The notes under the pieces are model-generated. The model saw only the letters and a program-made list of their open reading frames with translations, was not told where the DNA came from and ran no database searches. A stretch of 56,029 nt of DNA from positions 1 to 56,029 of the IMG/VR virus record IMGVR_UViG_3300010153_006010; one strand, given 5' to 3'. The stretch comes from a virus (taxonomy: Duplodnaviria > Caudoviricetes). Position 1 is the stretch's first letter, and every line of letters begins with the position of its first letter. Both the position numbers and the translations under genes were made by a program. Below, one piece after another: positions 18,642-29,000 of the stretch.

Positions 18642-21600
18642 TCAAGGAGGCCATCGAAATTGGCGGTTAAACTCTTCCTCTTCTGCGGGTGGCGGTGGAT
18701 CGTCGTCTTTCTTGCCGGCGTCTTCGTCGCCGCCCTGGAGGCGGGGAGGCGGGTCGTCGTCGGGCTCGCCGTTGCCGAAATCAATCCCAGGCTGTTCTCT
18801 TGGATTGTCCTCCCCTGGTCTTAAAGGAGGAAGGGTCTCGATGGCGTTGGGGTCGCCGCCGACGCCTATTAGTTCATCCTCGCCATTGACACCCCCACCG
18901 AAATTCCGAATTCTGCTCGGATCTTTAATGTAAGCTAAAACTGGAGGAGCATACTTTATTTTATTGCGCTCCAGGGTATGACTCTCTACCATGTTGCGAG
19001 TGTCGCTCGCATATCGAGCCGAAGCAGGCATCAATTGATCAAGCATCCGAGTCATGGCGGAATCTAACCATTTATAATAATCAAGATACTTTTGAAGATC
19101 TGGTATTTCATTTTGAACCTTCCGGAAAAAGATTTCTCTAATTTTTTCCATGCGCTTATAATTGATTCTGTATTGGTTTACGGGCTCCCCTATCAAATTA
19201 TTAAAATCTTTAATAGAAGCAAACAAATGGAGCATACGAGTAGAAATGCTCCGATACATACTCTTCTCTATCGCAAAATATGTATTAGAGGGTTTCTTAA
19301 ATGTTTTAAATACTTGATCATCAGAAGATAAAACCTTAACCATTTCGCTAGAATTAATATATTCTGGGGGGATTAGCTTATCAGCATAAGAATAGTGCTT
19401 TAGAGATGGCTGAGACAGTGATGTAAAAAAGTCTCCCAAGCCGGTGTGTTGTCTTAGGTTAATTTTACTAAATGTATCTCCCTGGTAAGTAGATTCATAA
19501 TTTGTGCCCGCAGAACCAGAAGAAGCATCAGACGCTATAAACCTACCACTTAAATCTGAACCTGTTATCTCGGCGAATTCCCAATTCAAAGCCAGTGTCT
19601 GAATATTGGGGATATAAACATGTGCGCTTGCTGTCTGGAACAAATAAGAATTTTTACCCGGATGTAATGAGCCGTGAGTATTTATTTCTCGTGCCTGGAT
19701 GTCTACAACAGCGGGGGGAATATAATCTGTCCAATACCGAATACTTGATGCTTTAACATCAGTGGAGGTAAGAGTTGTTCCACTAAAATTATTTCGATGA
19801 GCACCCGTATAGATTCTTTTTGCTAATCCGATGGTGGAAGACCCTGATAAATAGCTTATGTCGCTCTTTACAGAGAAAGAGCCCTCTTTGTTTCCGGCGG
19901 CGAAGTTAGTCCCATATAACTCAAGCTCGTAGCCAGTTAGCGAAACAGATGAGCCCGTAACCTTATTCGCAAAAGGGTATTTCTTGGGCTTTACGCTTAG
20001 AGAAAAATTCCACCTCTCATTATTATAAACGTTGCGATATATGTCGGATTGAAGTAAAATATCTCCTGCTCGGTTTTCAACCACAAAATAAGCATCTTTG
20101 ACCTTGTAGGCTGGACTAATCACTTCGGCATATGGTGCGGGGGTCTTTACCGCATATACTTGAAGACCGTAATCGTCTGTAGAGGTCGCCCAGTTTAAAT
20201 CTACAGAGGTAGGACTGGCATCATCCGGTGTGTGGAAGCCAAATAAAGAGGAACTTACCACCTGCGGAAGGTGGTAAGGCAATGTATCCTGTTGGTCTTT
20301 GTTGGGAAAAATAAACTCACCCTGTAAACTAAAAGCGTACTCATCTAATTGAGAGGATGATTGGATTAGACCGACAGAATTGGGATTAGAAGAGTTATAA
20401 TATTGATAAACTACAGCGTCAGAATCACCTATGTTCCGTAAAGCTGAAAAATCAATGTATTTTTTTGTAGTAACCGAAGTCTCATAATTACTGGTAAGCT
20501 CAAAGTCAGTTTGGTCACCGTACACATTGAGAGATAAGATGTCCTCCCCTATGCCTAAACACCTAATAAAATTTCTGACCGCTTTTTGATTACCCTTAGA
20601 TTTAAGAATAAAATTAAGATTGTTATAGATATTTTTATAAAGAGAATTCTTAATGTCATTAAGTTGTTGATCAAAATTAATTTGTTCATCACGTTGTAAA
20701 AATTGAGCCAATATATCTGAATTTTCAAATAATTCTGGAGCATTAACTCCGAAGTTGTCTATAAGGCGGTCATTATACGGAAACTCGTCGATAGAATCAG
20801 TCATGCTACCGCTAACGTAGTCCATGTATTTAATCTTCTTAAGAGCCGTTATCTGATTATAGAGGGTGTCAAAATATCCAGAAATAATTTGAGTCAAATT
20901 TAAAAGTTCGCTCTCGTTCTCCTCGTCTTCCTCAACAATCCAATTAGGCAAATGGTTGAGAAGTCTCGAACTGTTGCCGTCATCATATACTGACCCACTC
21001 TGTTCATAGATTAATTTAGTTGAAAGATAAGTTGGGTGGTTCGTCCGGATGATGGGATCCCCTCGCTCAGAAACCGACTCTATCTCCAACTGGTTAATCG
21101 CAGAACCTGTATTTCGTGCTACATCTACTGCGGAACTGTAATTAACGTAATTGCCATTAGAGACTCTTCCCGAATAATCTAAGATAGTTTGATCGACGGA
21201 GGAGGTTTGAGTGATTCCGGCATTGAACTTATAATAGACCCCCAGTGAAACATTGGCATCATATTTGTCGCTTCCGCCCTCAACGTTGGTAAACCAATAT
21301 CTCCCCACCTGTTCCGCATTTCTTGCTTTTTTCCAAAATCGAAACTCGTCCAAAGAAGCCGATAGTTTTCCGGAACCCTCTGGTATTGAAGAAAAAGTAG
21401 ACGGTGCCTCACGCAGGGCACCCACATTACCGACCATAGTTCCTGTTACCGCACCAATAAGCTTAGCTGGGTCAATATCAGTAGCAGCAGAGGCCGTAAT
21501 GCCGGTCTCAACACACACACCATTCATATAGAAATCTATAGTTGCGGGCTGCTTTGAAGTGTTGAAAACAAAGGAAAAATTCCTCCATGACCCATCAGAA

Positions 21601-22364
21601 ATTGTAACCTGATCAGCGGTGGATGGAACAGGTGTCTCAAGAAAGCCGTTGGTCCCAGAAAGCATCGTGACATGAAACTGTGTTTCAGATCCTGAGTGTA
21701 TCGCTATCCTTAATCTTCCGTAATCCGCACTGCTAGAGTTGGCAACTGCCACGCCGTTTGTGAGGTCAAAAATGGCCATATTTCTTGCCGTTTCAGCAAC
21801 TCCGTTAGGATTTATTAGAGTGTCTTTTTTAAGAAAAAATTCAACAGTAGTACCATTTGGACCAGCAAATTCCAAATTTGAGGTTCGGTCTTTTGATTCG
21901 TCAAATTTGGTATTCACATGGGGACCACCCTTAGCCTGTATATAATTGGCTGTATCTACCTCATCATACTTAGAACTATTAGTAGCAGCTATAGTATAAG
22001 GGGAGCCAATTGTCACAAAACCAGTAGAACGGGGGTATTTTACCTCTAACATGTACTTCTCTAGAGGGTTTATGTCGTTATAAAAGGTTGTCTTCTCCAG
22101 TCCAGAGCCGTCGTATGGATAGTTAGCGGCAATATATTGAAAAGCATTTTGATAATATTTCTCAGCAGAGCCGAACTTTACAAAATTTTCAGGTACAGCG
22201 TAATCGATAGGAGGGAGGAAATACTCATTCCTCGTCACCAAAGATTTTAAATGGGCTTGGGATTCTACCCCTTCTCCTAGAGTATCCGGAGCACTGCTCT
22301 TAAGATATTTCCCTACAGTAGCGCCACTTTTATTATTTTGATATAAACTCTTTAGGCTGCTCAT
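18642..22364 (-). CDS. Baseplate/tail protein with LamG (concanavalin A-like) domain(s) and a P2 gpI/gp7-like segment
   Basis: WRNFSFVF..IDFYMNG..LDEFRFWKKAR..YYKFN..LDYSG (LamG pattern); ILKSKGNQKAVRNFIRCLGI (gpI-like); acidic Pro/Gly-rich tail. Confidence 0.7.
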   Translation of the reverse strand: MSSLKSLYQNNKSGATVGKYLKSSAPDTLGEGVESQAHLKSLVTRNEYFLPPIDYAVPENFVKFGSAEKYYQNAFQYIAANYPYDGSGLEKTTFYNDINPLEKYMLEVKYPRSTGFVTIGSPYTIAATNSSKYDEVDTANYIQAKGGPHVNTKFDESKDRTSNLEFAGPNGTTVEFFLKKDTLINPNGVAETARNMAIFDLTNGVAVANSSSADYGRLRIAIHSGSETQFHVTMLSGTNGFLETPVPSTADQVTISDGSWRNFSFVFNTSKQPATIDFYMNGVCVETGITASAATDIDPAKLIGAVTGTMVGNVGALREAPSTFSSIPEGSGKLSASLDEFRFWKKARNAEQVGRYWFTNVEGGSDKYDANVSLGVYYKFNAGITQTSSVDQTILDYSGRVSNGNYVNYSSAVDVARNTGSAINQLEIESVSERGDPIIRTNHPTYLSTKLIYEQSGSVYDDGNSSRLLNHLPNWIVEEDEENESELLNLTQIISGYFDTLYNQITALKKIKYMDYVSGSMTDSIDEFPYNDRLIDNFGVNAPELFENSDILAQFLQRDEQINFDQQLNDIKNSLYKNIYNNLNFILKSKGNQKAVRNFIRCLGIGEDILSLNVYGDQTDFELTSNYETSVTTKKYIDFSALRNIGDSDAVVYQYYNSSNPNSVGLIQSSSQLDEYAFSLQGEFIFPNKDQQDTLPYHLPQVVSSSLFGFHTPDDASPTSVDLNWATSTDDYGLQVYAVKTPAPYAEVISPAYKVKDAYFVVENRAGDILLQSDIYRNVYNNERWNFSLSVKPKKYPFANKVTGSSVSLTGYELELYGTNFAAGNKEGSFSVKSDISYLSGSSTIGLAKRIYTGAHRNNFSGTTLTSTDVKASSIRYWTDYIPPAVVDIQAREINTHGSLHPGKNSYLFQTASAHVYIPNIQTLALNWEFAEITGSDLSGRFIASDASSGSAGTNYESTYQGDTFSKINLRQHTGLGDFFTSLSQPSLKHYSYADKLIPPEYINSSEMVKVLSSDDQVFKTFKKPSNTYFAIEKSMYRSISTRMLHLFASIKDFNNLIGEPVNQYRINYKRMEKIREIFFRKVQNEIPDLQKYLDYYKWLDSAMTRMLDQLMPASARYASDTRNMVESHTLERNKIKYAPPVLAYIKDPSRIRNFGGGVNGEDELIGVGGDPNAIETLPPLRPGEDNPREQPGIDFGNGEPDDDPPPRLQGGDEDAGKKDDDPPPPAEEEEFNRQFRWPP

Positions 22365-23845
22365 ACATCTTCTTCTTCTATTTTAAATTTGAACACTTCA
22401 GGCTGTTCTTTATATTCACCCTGTAAATAATAAGCAAATTTAATCCCATACATATATCCAGGTTCTAAATATGAAGTATCTAATTCAAAATAGTTCCCGC
22501 TAACGTCATACGATAGGCGGGTGAAGTTATTGTTTGAACTCCCAGTTCCAAATGGGATTATTTCTAAATTATCAATTGATCTGAAAATGCGATAGTAGGC
22601 ATCATCTATTATCGTAGTATCAACCTTTGAGCTTGCTACCGTATAAATGTTTGGTTTCCAGTTTTTGTCTCTTACAAAAACTCGTAAACGAGGTTTTTGC
22701 CCTTTAGCATAACTGCTATTAAGATTTGTAATAGTTGTCAAATAAACGGTATCATACAAAAGGTCTGCGGTCTCTACTTCAATTGGTTCATAGGATCCTG
22801 TATAATAGTTTATTCTAGGGGACGAGCCCGTGTGCCAAACATCAAATACCGTATCGTAAGAACTGGTCGAAGCAAATGAGGCGGTATATATACCAGTGGT
22901 CGTGGTACCGTTCTCTACAAGGAGACCCGCAGTTAGGGAGGTGGTCATTACATTATCAGAATTAATCACGCTCAATGGATCACCAAGAGGTCCCGTGCTG
23001 CCAGAATAAATTTCCACTTCTAAAGTGTGTCCTTCTAGTCCTGGGATATTTGTAAGCTGACCTCTTACTATGTTATATAAGTACAGCGTGTTTAGATTAT
23101 CGCTTGCCGGCACGACGCTACTACTAATATAGAAATTTCCCCTGTTATCTCTTCTGGTCGAGTCCCACCGGGCTTCAATAGTGGGCTGATAGAAATAGAA
23201 CTCGCTCGTCCTAGAGAAAAACATCTTTGTATACAAACTCTCTGATCCAGAAACCGAACTGTCTGGGAATCTCAGAAGGAGACCGTCATTGTCAGTAGAG
23301 TCGAGCCACTTATATACTTGTTCGGAAATATCTATTGTTATGTCTTCTAACCCCGTAGGGAAATATATGCTAGCACTAGTATTTATTCCCGTATGATAAG
23401 AGCCACCTTCTAGAGCCCAGCCATTCCCAGACGAGGCAGAAATCCAGTTTGATACACCTAAGTCAGAATAGTTGTCCATGTCCAAACCCCGACCCTCTGT
23501 CCAGCTTTGAGATAACATATTTAGCTCTAGAGTAAAATCTGACGGCGTGCTGCTCCCGTGAGGGGCATTATATATATTAAGATGGAACTTGAGGCTACCG
23601 GTAGCAGTAGGGAGAACACCCGAGGACATATCTTCTTGGATCGTGTCTATGGGGAACTGTATAATAAACCTGCTCTGTTCAGCATTTTCAGGACTAATAG
23701 AAGCAGAAGTCTGACCTTGTATTACAAAGGTTTCTAAGATGTCCGCAGCGCCCATATTAGACCCCGTAGCCTTAATAAGGAGATTGTTCTTATAGGCATT
23801 TGAAATCGTATTGTCTTGTGTTGCGTGATATTTCTTTATACCCAT
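22361..23845 (-). CDS. Virion protein with N-terminal DNRLRE/CBM96-like domain
   Basis: QDNTI..NMG..SRFIIQF..SWTEG..NW..DISEQVYKWL..NDGLLL..FFSR..PTIEARWD pattern. Likely start is the ATG at 23845 (MGIKK). Confidence 0.6.
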   Translation of the reverse strand: MGIKKYHATQDNTISNAYKNNLLIKATGSNMGAADILETFVIQGQTSASISPENAEQSRFIIQFPIDTIQEDMSSGVLPTATGSLKFHLNIYNAPHGSSTPSDFTLELNMLSQSWTEGRGLDMDNYSDLGVSNWISASSGNGWALEGGSYHTGINTSASIYFPTGLEDITIDISEQVYKWLDSTDNDGLLLRFPDSSVSGSESLYTKMFFSRTSEFYFYQPTIEARWDSTRRDNRGNFYISSSVVPASDNLNTLYLYNIVRGQLTNIPGLEGHTLEVEIYSGSTGPLGDPLSVINSDNVMTTSLTAGLLVENGTTTTGIYTASFASTSSYDTVFDVWHTGSSPRINYYTGSYEPIEVETADLLYDTVYLTTITNLNSSYAKGQKPRLRVFVRDKNWKPNIYTVASSKVDTTIIDDAYYRIFRSIDNLEIIPFGTGSSNNNFTRLSYDVSGNYFELDTSYLEPGYMYGIKFAYYLQGEYKEQPEVFKFKIEEEDV

Positions 23846-23846
23846 T

Positions 23847-25643
23847 TTATACAATTACTCCCAAAATGTCTGTGTCAGGCAATAAAATTTCTGCCGCTGC
23901 ATCGGGCGGAAGTTTTAAATAGCGTCCATCATTAGACATATTTTTATTAATATCATAAGTATAGCCGCTATAAACACCGCCGACAATGTTATAAAACTCA
24001 ACATTCTGTGCGTCAGTAACGCCGGGAACATCGTTAAGAATCTTTAAAACATCGGTTACATATACAGATTCACCTAAACCAAATTTTATAGTCAAGAAGT
24101 CATTTTGAAGTGCCTGAGTACATTTCTCTATAAGATCAAATCGATTAATGTCCACGTCCGGTATTATCTCATATTTAATTCCAATATTTATAACTTTGCC
24201 ATCCAGGATATCTATCGTGTCATTAATCATACGATAGTTGTTTAGCCATGTTTTAAGGTTGTCTTTCAGGACAGAATTGGGAGCAATTAAATCGCCAGTT
24301 GAGGATTCTGACAAGACATACATATTAAGGTTGCGGCGGATTGAATCAGGATCCCTTACCACTGTTGCCCTTTTAATTTTGCCGAATTTAGAAGGCATCC
24401 GGTAAGCTAAATTCATATAATCTTCCCTAGTTACCGCACGGTCTTGAGAAGCATAACTTCCATATGCCCTAATCTTTATTTCGTCTGCTAAAAGTGGAGC
24501 AGAGTCCCCAGTGATAGGAGACTCATTATCCACCTCAATAGAAGATAACATAATCTCGACAATTGCCTCAGACAACTCTTGACGATTAGCAAATAATAAT
24601 TTTGGGCTTACAATCTTAGTAATTGTCGAGACCGAGGCGTTGGAGATGTTGGTAGTATTGGCCGTATACACCACAGTTAATGTAGTATTCGTGGGCACGA
24701 CGCCGAATTTATCAGTCTTAATCAAATTAGTCGGGTCAAAAGTTGTTTCAGTAACATACGGCTTACTATCCACATTTAGAACTACATCGGCTGGGTCTGC
24801 TACCTTATCTCCTGTTAAATTATTCTCGGAGCCGTACCCAAATTGTATAGTTGTCGAGCCGTCTATATTATGCTTTGTGACAAATCGACGAGGAGCGGGA
24901 AGAAGGCGCATACTATAAGGGGCCTGAACCTTTGTTGAGCTATCTACATTTTTTATTTGGGACATTATCACGTCTTGTGACAAATTGCCCACCTGATAAT
25001 ACTCGTTACCTTGAGAATCCTTCACCGAAATGACCTCGGTAATGCTTGATCTTCCCAATTCCAAGGTTAAAAACCGTTGATAATCCGTCACCGCAAGTTG
25101 GTCTTCAAATTGTTGACCCGAAACTACTTGCCCATAAGCTTTTACGGCAAAATAAGTAGGGTTACCAGTTACTGTATCAGTTCGAGCAACAGTGATTTCA
25201 TTACTGGGATCGGAAAAGTCGATGTCGCTTATTAGGGTATATGTGGCTCCATTCTCGCCGCTCACAATAGTACCTCTTTGTATAATTGGCAAATAACGAG
25301 AGTCAGGAGACCTTGAGGTTGGTGATACAGGGACCAGCATAAATACCGCTACCTGACCAGTAGACTTAGCTGCGCCTTGGTTTTTAAACCCTAATGTTTC
25401 CGATAATTTTACGACGCTATCATATCTTATGGCACTATCCAAAAAACTCTCGTTTGTTTGGAAATCAGCATAAAAAGATAGTTGATCGCCGACATAAGCC
25501 ACCATATCTAACATTAATGAACCAAAAGACGCCTCACTAAAGTCCTTGAAAGTACTGGGATAATATCTTTTGGCATAGTTTTCCAAATCATTTTTAATAG
25601 ACTCGAAATCTCTGCTTGTATAGTTTATTGGTCTTTTAGCCAT
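23847..25643 (-). CDS. Baseplate wedge protein (T4 gp6 / baseplate J-like)
   Basis: INYTSRDFESIKNDL, LDMVAYVGDQLSFYAD..ESFL, QDRAVTREDY motifs. Confidence 0.85.
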   Translation of the reverse strand: MAKRPINYTSRDFESIKNDLENYAKRYYPSTFKDFSEASFGSLMLDMVAYVGDQLSFYADFQTNESFLDSAIRYDSVVKLSETLGFKNQGAAKSTGQVAVFMLVPVSPTSRSPDSRYLPIIQRGTIVSGENGATYTLISDIDFSDPSNEITVARTDTVTGNPTYFAVKAYGQVVSGQQFEDQLAVTDYQRFLTLELGRSSITEVISVKDSQGNEYYQVGNLSQDVIMSQIKNVDSSTKVQAPYSMRLLPAPRRFVTKHNIDGSTTIQFGYGSENNLTGDKVADPADVVLNVDSKPYVTETTFDPTNLIKTDKFGVVPTNTTLTVVYTANTTNISNASVSTITKIVSPKLLFANRQELSEAIVEIMLSSIEVDNESPITGDSAPLLADEIKIRAYGSYASQDRAVTREDYMNLAYRMPSKFGKIKRATVVRDPDSIRRNLNMYVLSESSTGDLIAPNSVLKDNLKTWLNNYRMINDTIDILDGKVINIGIKYEIIPDVDINRFDLIEKCTQALQNDFLTIKFGLGESVYVTDVLKILNDVPGVTDAQNVEFYNIVGGVYSGYTYDINKNMSNDGRYLKLPPDAAAEILLPDTDILGVIV

Positions 25644-25660
25644 TTTGTTCCGCCCTGATC

Positions 25661-26065
25661 TTAATTAGTCATTGTGGTAGTTATTATTAGCTGATCGCTG
25701 CCAGCAAAGGGTAATATATTGTATCTAATTACTGTTCTTACATCGTTTAAGCCCAAAGTAGGATCCTCATCACTTGTCAAAAAAGTCACTTCTTCTAGGT
25801 TAAGTGCGGGGATATGTCTTCTGACTTGTTCATTAATTTTTTGTGACACTTTAGAAAAAGTATCTCCATGTAGAGGTTCGAATAGAAATTGGTGTAAACC
25901 TACTCCAAATTCTGGGAGCATCACTCTTTCGCCGGGACCAGTAAGAATTAGCATCTTTAAATTTTGACGAATCGCAGCCTTCAGCGTTTTATTAAGCTGG
26001 TAGGGTCCGTCGGTGCTGCCATATATCAGCGGTAATTTCGGCGAAATGCCCTGTAGTTTACTCAT
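25661..26065 (-). CDS. Baseplate wedge subunit, gp25/GPW family
   Basis: AIRQNLKMLILTGPGERVMLPEFGVGL signature; 134 aa; next to the gp6-like gene. Confidence 0.9.
   Translation of the reverse strand: MSKLQGISPKLPLIYGSTDGPYQLNKTLKAAIRQNLKMLILTGPGERVMLPEFGVGLHQFLFEPLHGDTFSKVSQKINEQVRRHIPALNLEEVTFLTSDEDPTLGLNDVRTVIRYNILPFAGSDQLIITTTMTN
25662..25669 (-). promoter_or_regulatory. Putative late promoter motif ACTAATTA
   Basis: 18 nt before the gp6-like ATG. The 11-mer ACTAATTAAGA is shared with the site at 26072. Confidence 0.45.
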
Positions 26066-29000
26066 CGTTCTTAATTAGTATCTCCAAAATTCTTTTCTCT
26101 TCTCTGATGTGGGGAACCAGGTCGGGTCGTACACCAGATTCGAAAATCCAACTACCTAACCAAAGCCCAGCAGGGGTGAGGGTCAGGCCGTCGGTGAATT
26201 CTTCATAACCCTCCTCTATCAATTCAGGCCAGATCCAGTCTTCGGGTGTTCGACCTCGATGGAAGTTCACATAATCTTCAAAAAACCGGTGCCATGCCGG
26301 CCTTGGCTGGCTGTCATACTCTTCGTGGTCACGAGGCAGGTAGGATAGCGGGACAGGGGGGCCGTCTTGGTTCCTGCCGATTTCTCTGTGGCCATCAATT
26401 ATGTGGTTGAAATTAAAGTTTCCATTGTTGGCAACACGGGTGAGGCGACCATGAGGGTGTCCTGGGTCAGTGGCTGTCAAGTCTGCGGCGAGGCGGAACA
26501 AGCGATCGAGGGTGAAATTGTCATTGTTAACTATATTTTTAAAATCATCCACTGTAAACCGTACCGCCGAGCGGCCGTCGTCGGCGATCCAATGAAGTTT
26601 GTTGGTGAAACCCCAGAAATCTAACTCACGTGTTTCGTTGGTATAGCGGTCCACATAGGCTTTCAGGGCATGTGTCATGATCGCTCCTAAATAAGTTGGG
26701 TAACTGTATTTCCCCGATTCATCCCGCTCGAAAAAAGGTATCTGGTCCGCATAGCTTAAGAGCCCCATTGATTGTCGCCAATCCACTCGTTGGGCTCGAT
26801 TATCCAGCAAATTTTGTAAATTTTGTATGCGTTTCTCTGCCTCTTCCTGATTATAATAAGTTATACTTAAAGCAACAGTATCAAATTGGTCTCGCTCATA
26901 TGTTATATTGTATGCGGAATCAATCTGGATCAGACTCGGGTGCATTTGAAGATGATTGTCAACCACCACCGGGAAACCGGAATATCGAGACAAGAACTTG
27001 GTTACTGCCTGACCTTTGACTGCGGATAACACGCTGTCATCAATCGCAGCTTCTTCCAGAACTAGTCTATAGGCGATATCACTATAGCGTTCAGCGAATC
27101 TTATTCCTTTATCCATATACATCATATAAGAAGCTATCTGAAATGCTATAGGAAAATAATATGTTCCAACCATAAGACCTAGGTCGGTCACTTTGAGGGA
27201 GTCACGACCACGACCGGTGACGAGTTGGGTGATGAGACCGTTGAACTCGCCTAATCCGTTTTGTCGATCTTTTTGGATTTGAGACAGGTATGTGCTAGGG
27301 GATCGTCTGAAGCGGTCATACATAGTTGCCAACAAAGACTTATATTTTCCCAGACCACTGCCGTTCGGGTCGAACACAGATAGGTTCACCTGGTTATACT
27401 CGGAATATGTAGCTATATTATTCAACATGCCCACATATACACAACGAACAATGGATTTTAAATTATGTTTAGCGGTGTGGCGGCTTAAAATTAAAGGATT
27501 GTTGATAAAATCGGGGTCTGTGTCATCGTGGGGGTATACTTTTTTTAGGTCCGGTATCAAAGTGCTGAAGGGTCCCAACAGATCTTTGCTCTCAAGGTCC
27601 TCAAGCAATTCTCGATGTAAGTAATCTGTGATTGTTTCAACGGTGCCGACACTTCTCCAATTTGGATAAGCTTGAGCCATGGGCATTATGTTTAGAAAGA
27701 AAGTGCCCATTTTAGTTTGTATTTTTTTAAGGGCAACTTCCGCACGATGCCGCTCTTCAGGTGTTATACATATGTCATCCGAGATTTGTAAAGCTGGTCT
27801 GTTTAAGGAAGATATATATCTCGGCATTCGGCGGGTGCCGATTTCGTTTATAACCGAGTTATTTATCAGTGAATCTATCCTCGTTGTATAATTTTGAATT
27901 ACCTGGACGTCTTTTCGACGCTCGCCGATGGGAACACCAAGCTGCCATTCCCCCGGCGGGCCGCCGAATTGCTGGGGCAACACCCCTATAGATAACCCCT
28001 GGTATAAATGTATATAAGCAGAGGTATACATGGGAGGCATTAAGACACCCCCGACCTCTAGGATATTTTTTTGCGATCGTGGGTCATCACCAGGGATAGG
28101 AACAGTCCGAATATAGTGGTCAAAATTGCCGCTACTATAGGTTGTACCATTATAAATCCTATAATCTATTGCCTCATAATTGCCCCTTTGAGAGGGCGGG
28201 AGAGAGGATGACACCTCATGATAAAGCCCTGCTTCTGGTTGATAATAACTTAGCATAGGAAAGGTGTAAGGACGATTGGCGTAAAAGGTGCGAATGTCGC
28301 CGCCGCTCGCATTGGCGCATCGAAGATAGGTTGCGCCAGTGAAGCCCGTATACGGGGAGTGAGTTTCGACTTTTTGAAGGTAATCAAAAGTTTTCTGACT
28401 TATGCTACGAAGAACTCCACTTTCCGCTTCCGTGACCCTTTTGCTGCCGTAGGCGATCTCCCCCAGGTTTATTGGGGTAAGGTAAAAGGCAAGATCTTTT
28501 CTCAACGGGGGGGGCGAATTGGGAATTGAATAATATGCTGCGTCCCTGCTATCAACATGGACCACTTCAGGATGGCGATACTGGGGAAGATCTAATCTTG
28601 GAGGAGAAACATAAGTTCCAGTGCGTGAATCTGACCATATATATTTATAAACGTAGTCTTGGGTATATGCGTTCTTTCGTGCGCCGAAGTTTCCTTGGAC
28701 ATTCCAAGAGTCCGGGTTTTGGAACCAATCATCTTCGCCGGCCGTCGTCACAGAGTATCCAATCCGCTCGCCACTGAAACTGGATGGTGTTATAAAATAT
28801 TGAGTACCCCGAGCAAAGCCTGAGAAATAAAGTTGGTTTATTAAAACTTCTCTTAAACCCCAGAATATTTGATAGAATAGCTCGGTACCCATTTTGGAGT
28901 TATATAAATTATATTCGGTCCCTTGAACTGTGGTTTGCTCTTGACCAAATAACGCAAGGAACTTTTTAGCTACCCAGGCCGCAAACGCATTGCTGAGATC

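Noticed and set aside
18588-18644. Stop-codon readthrough joining the in-frame 1240 aa and 2177 aa ORFs
   Set aside because: Three in-frame stops (TGA, TAA, TAA) lie between them, and the second ORF has its own putative promoter.
18630-18670. Two AGGAGG SD-like sequences on the plus strand
   Set aside because: No start codon with a credible ORF at proper spacing; they are the complement of CCT CCT sequence at the end of the minus-strand gene.
7005-26620. GC-rich patches as diversity-generating retroelement variable regions
   Set aside because: No reverse transcriptase and no template/variable repeat pair differing at adenines was seen in the window.
28507-28514. G8 homopolymer as a phase-variation tract
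   Set aside because: Short, encodes a Pro run in an intact ORF; no evidence of slippage.
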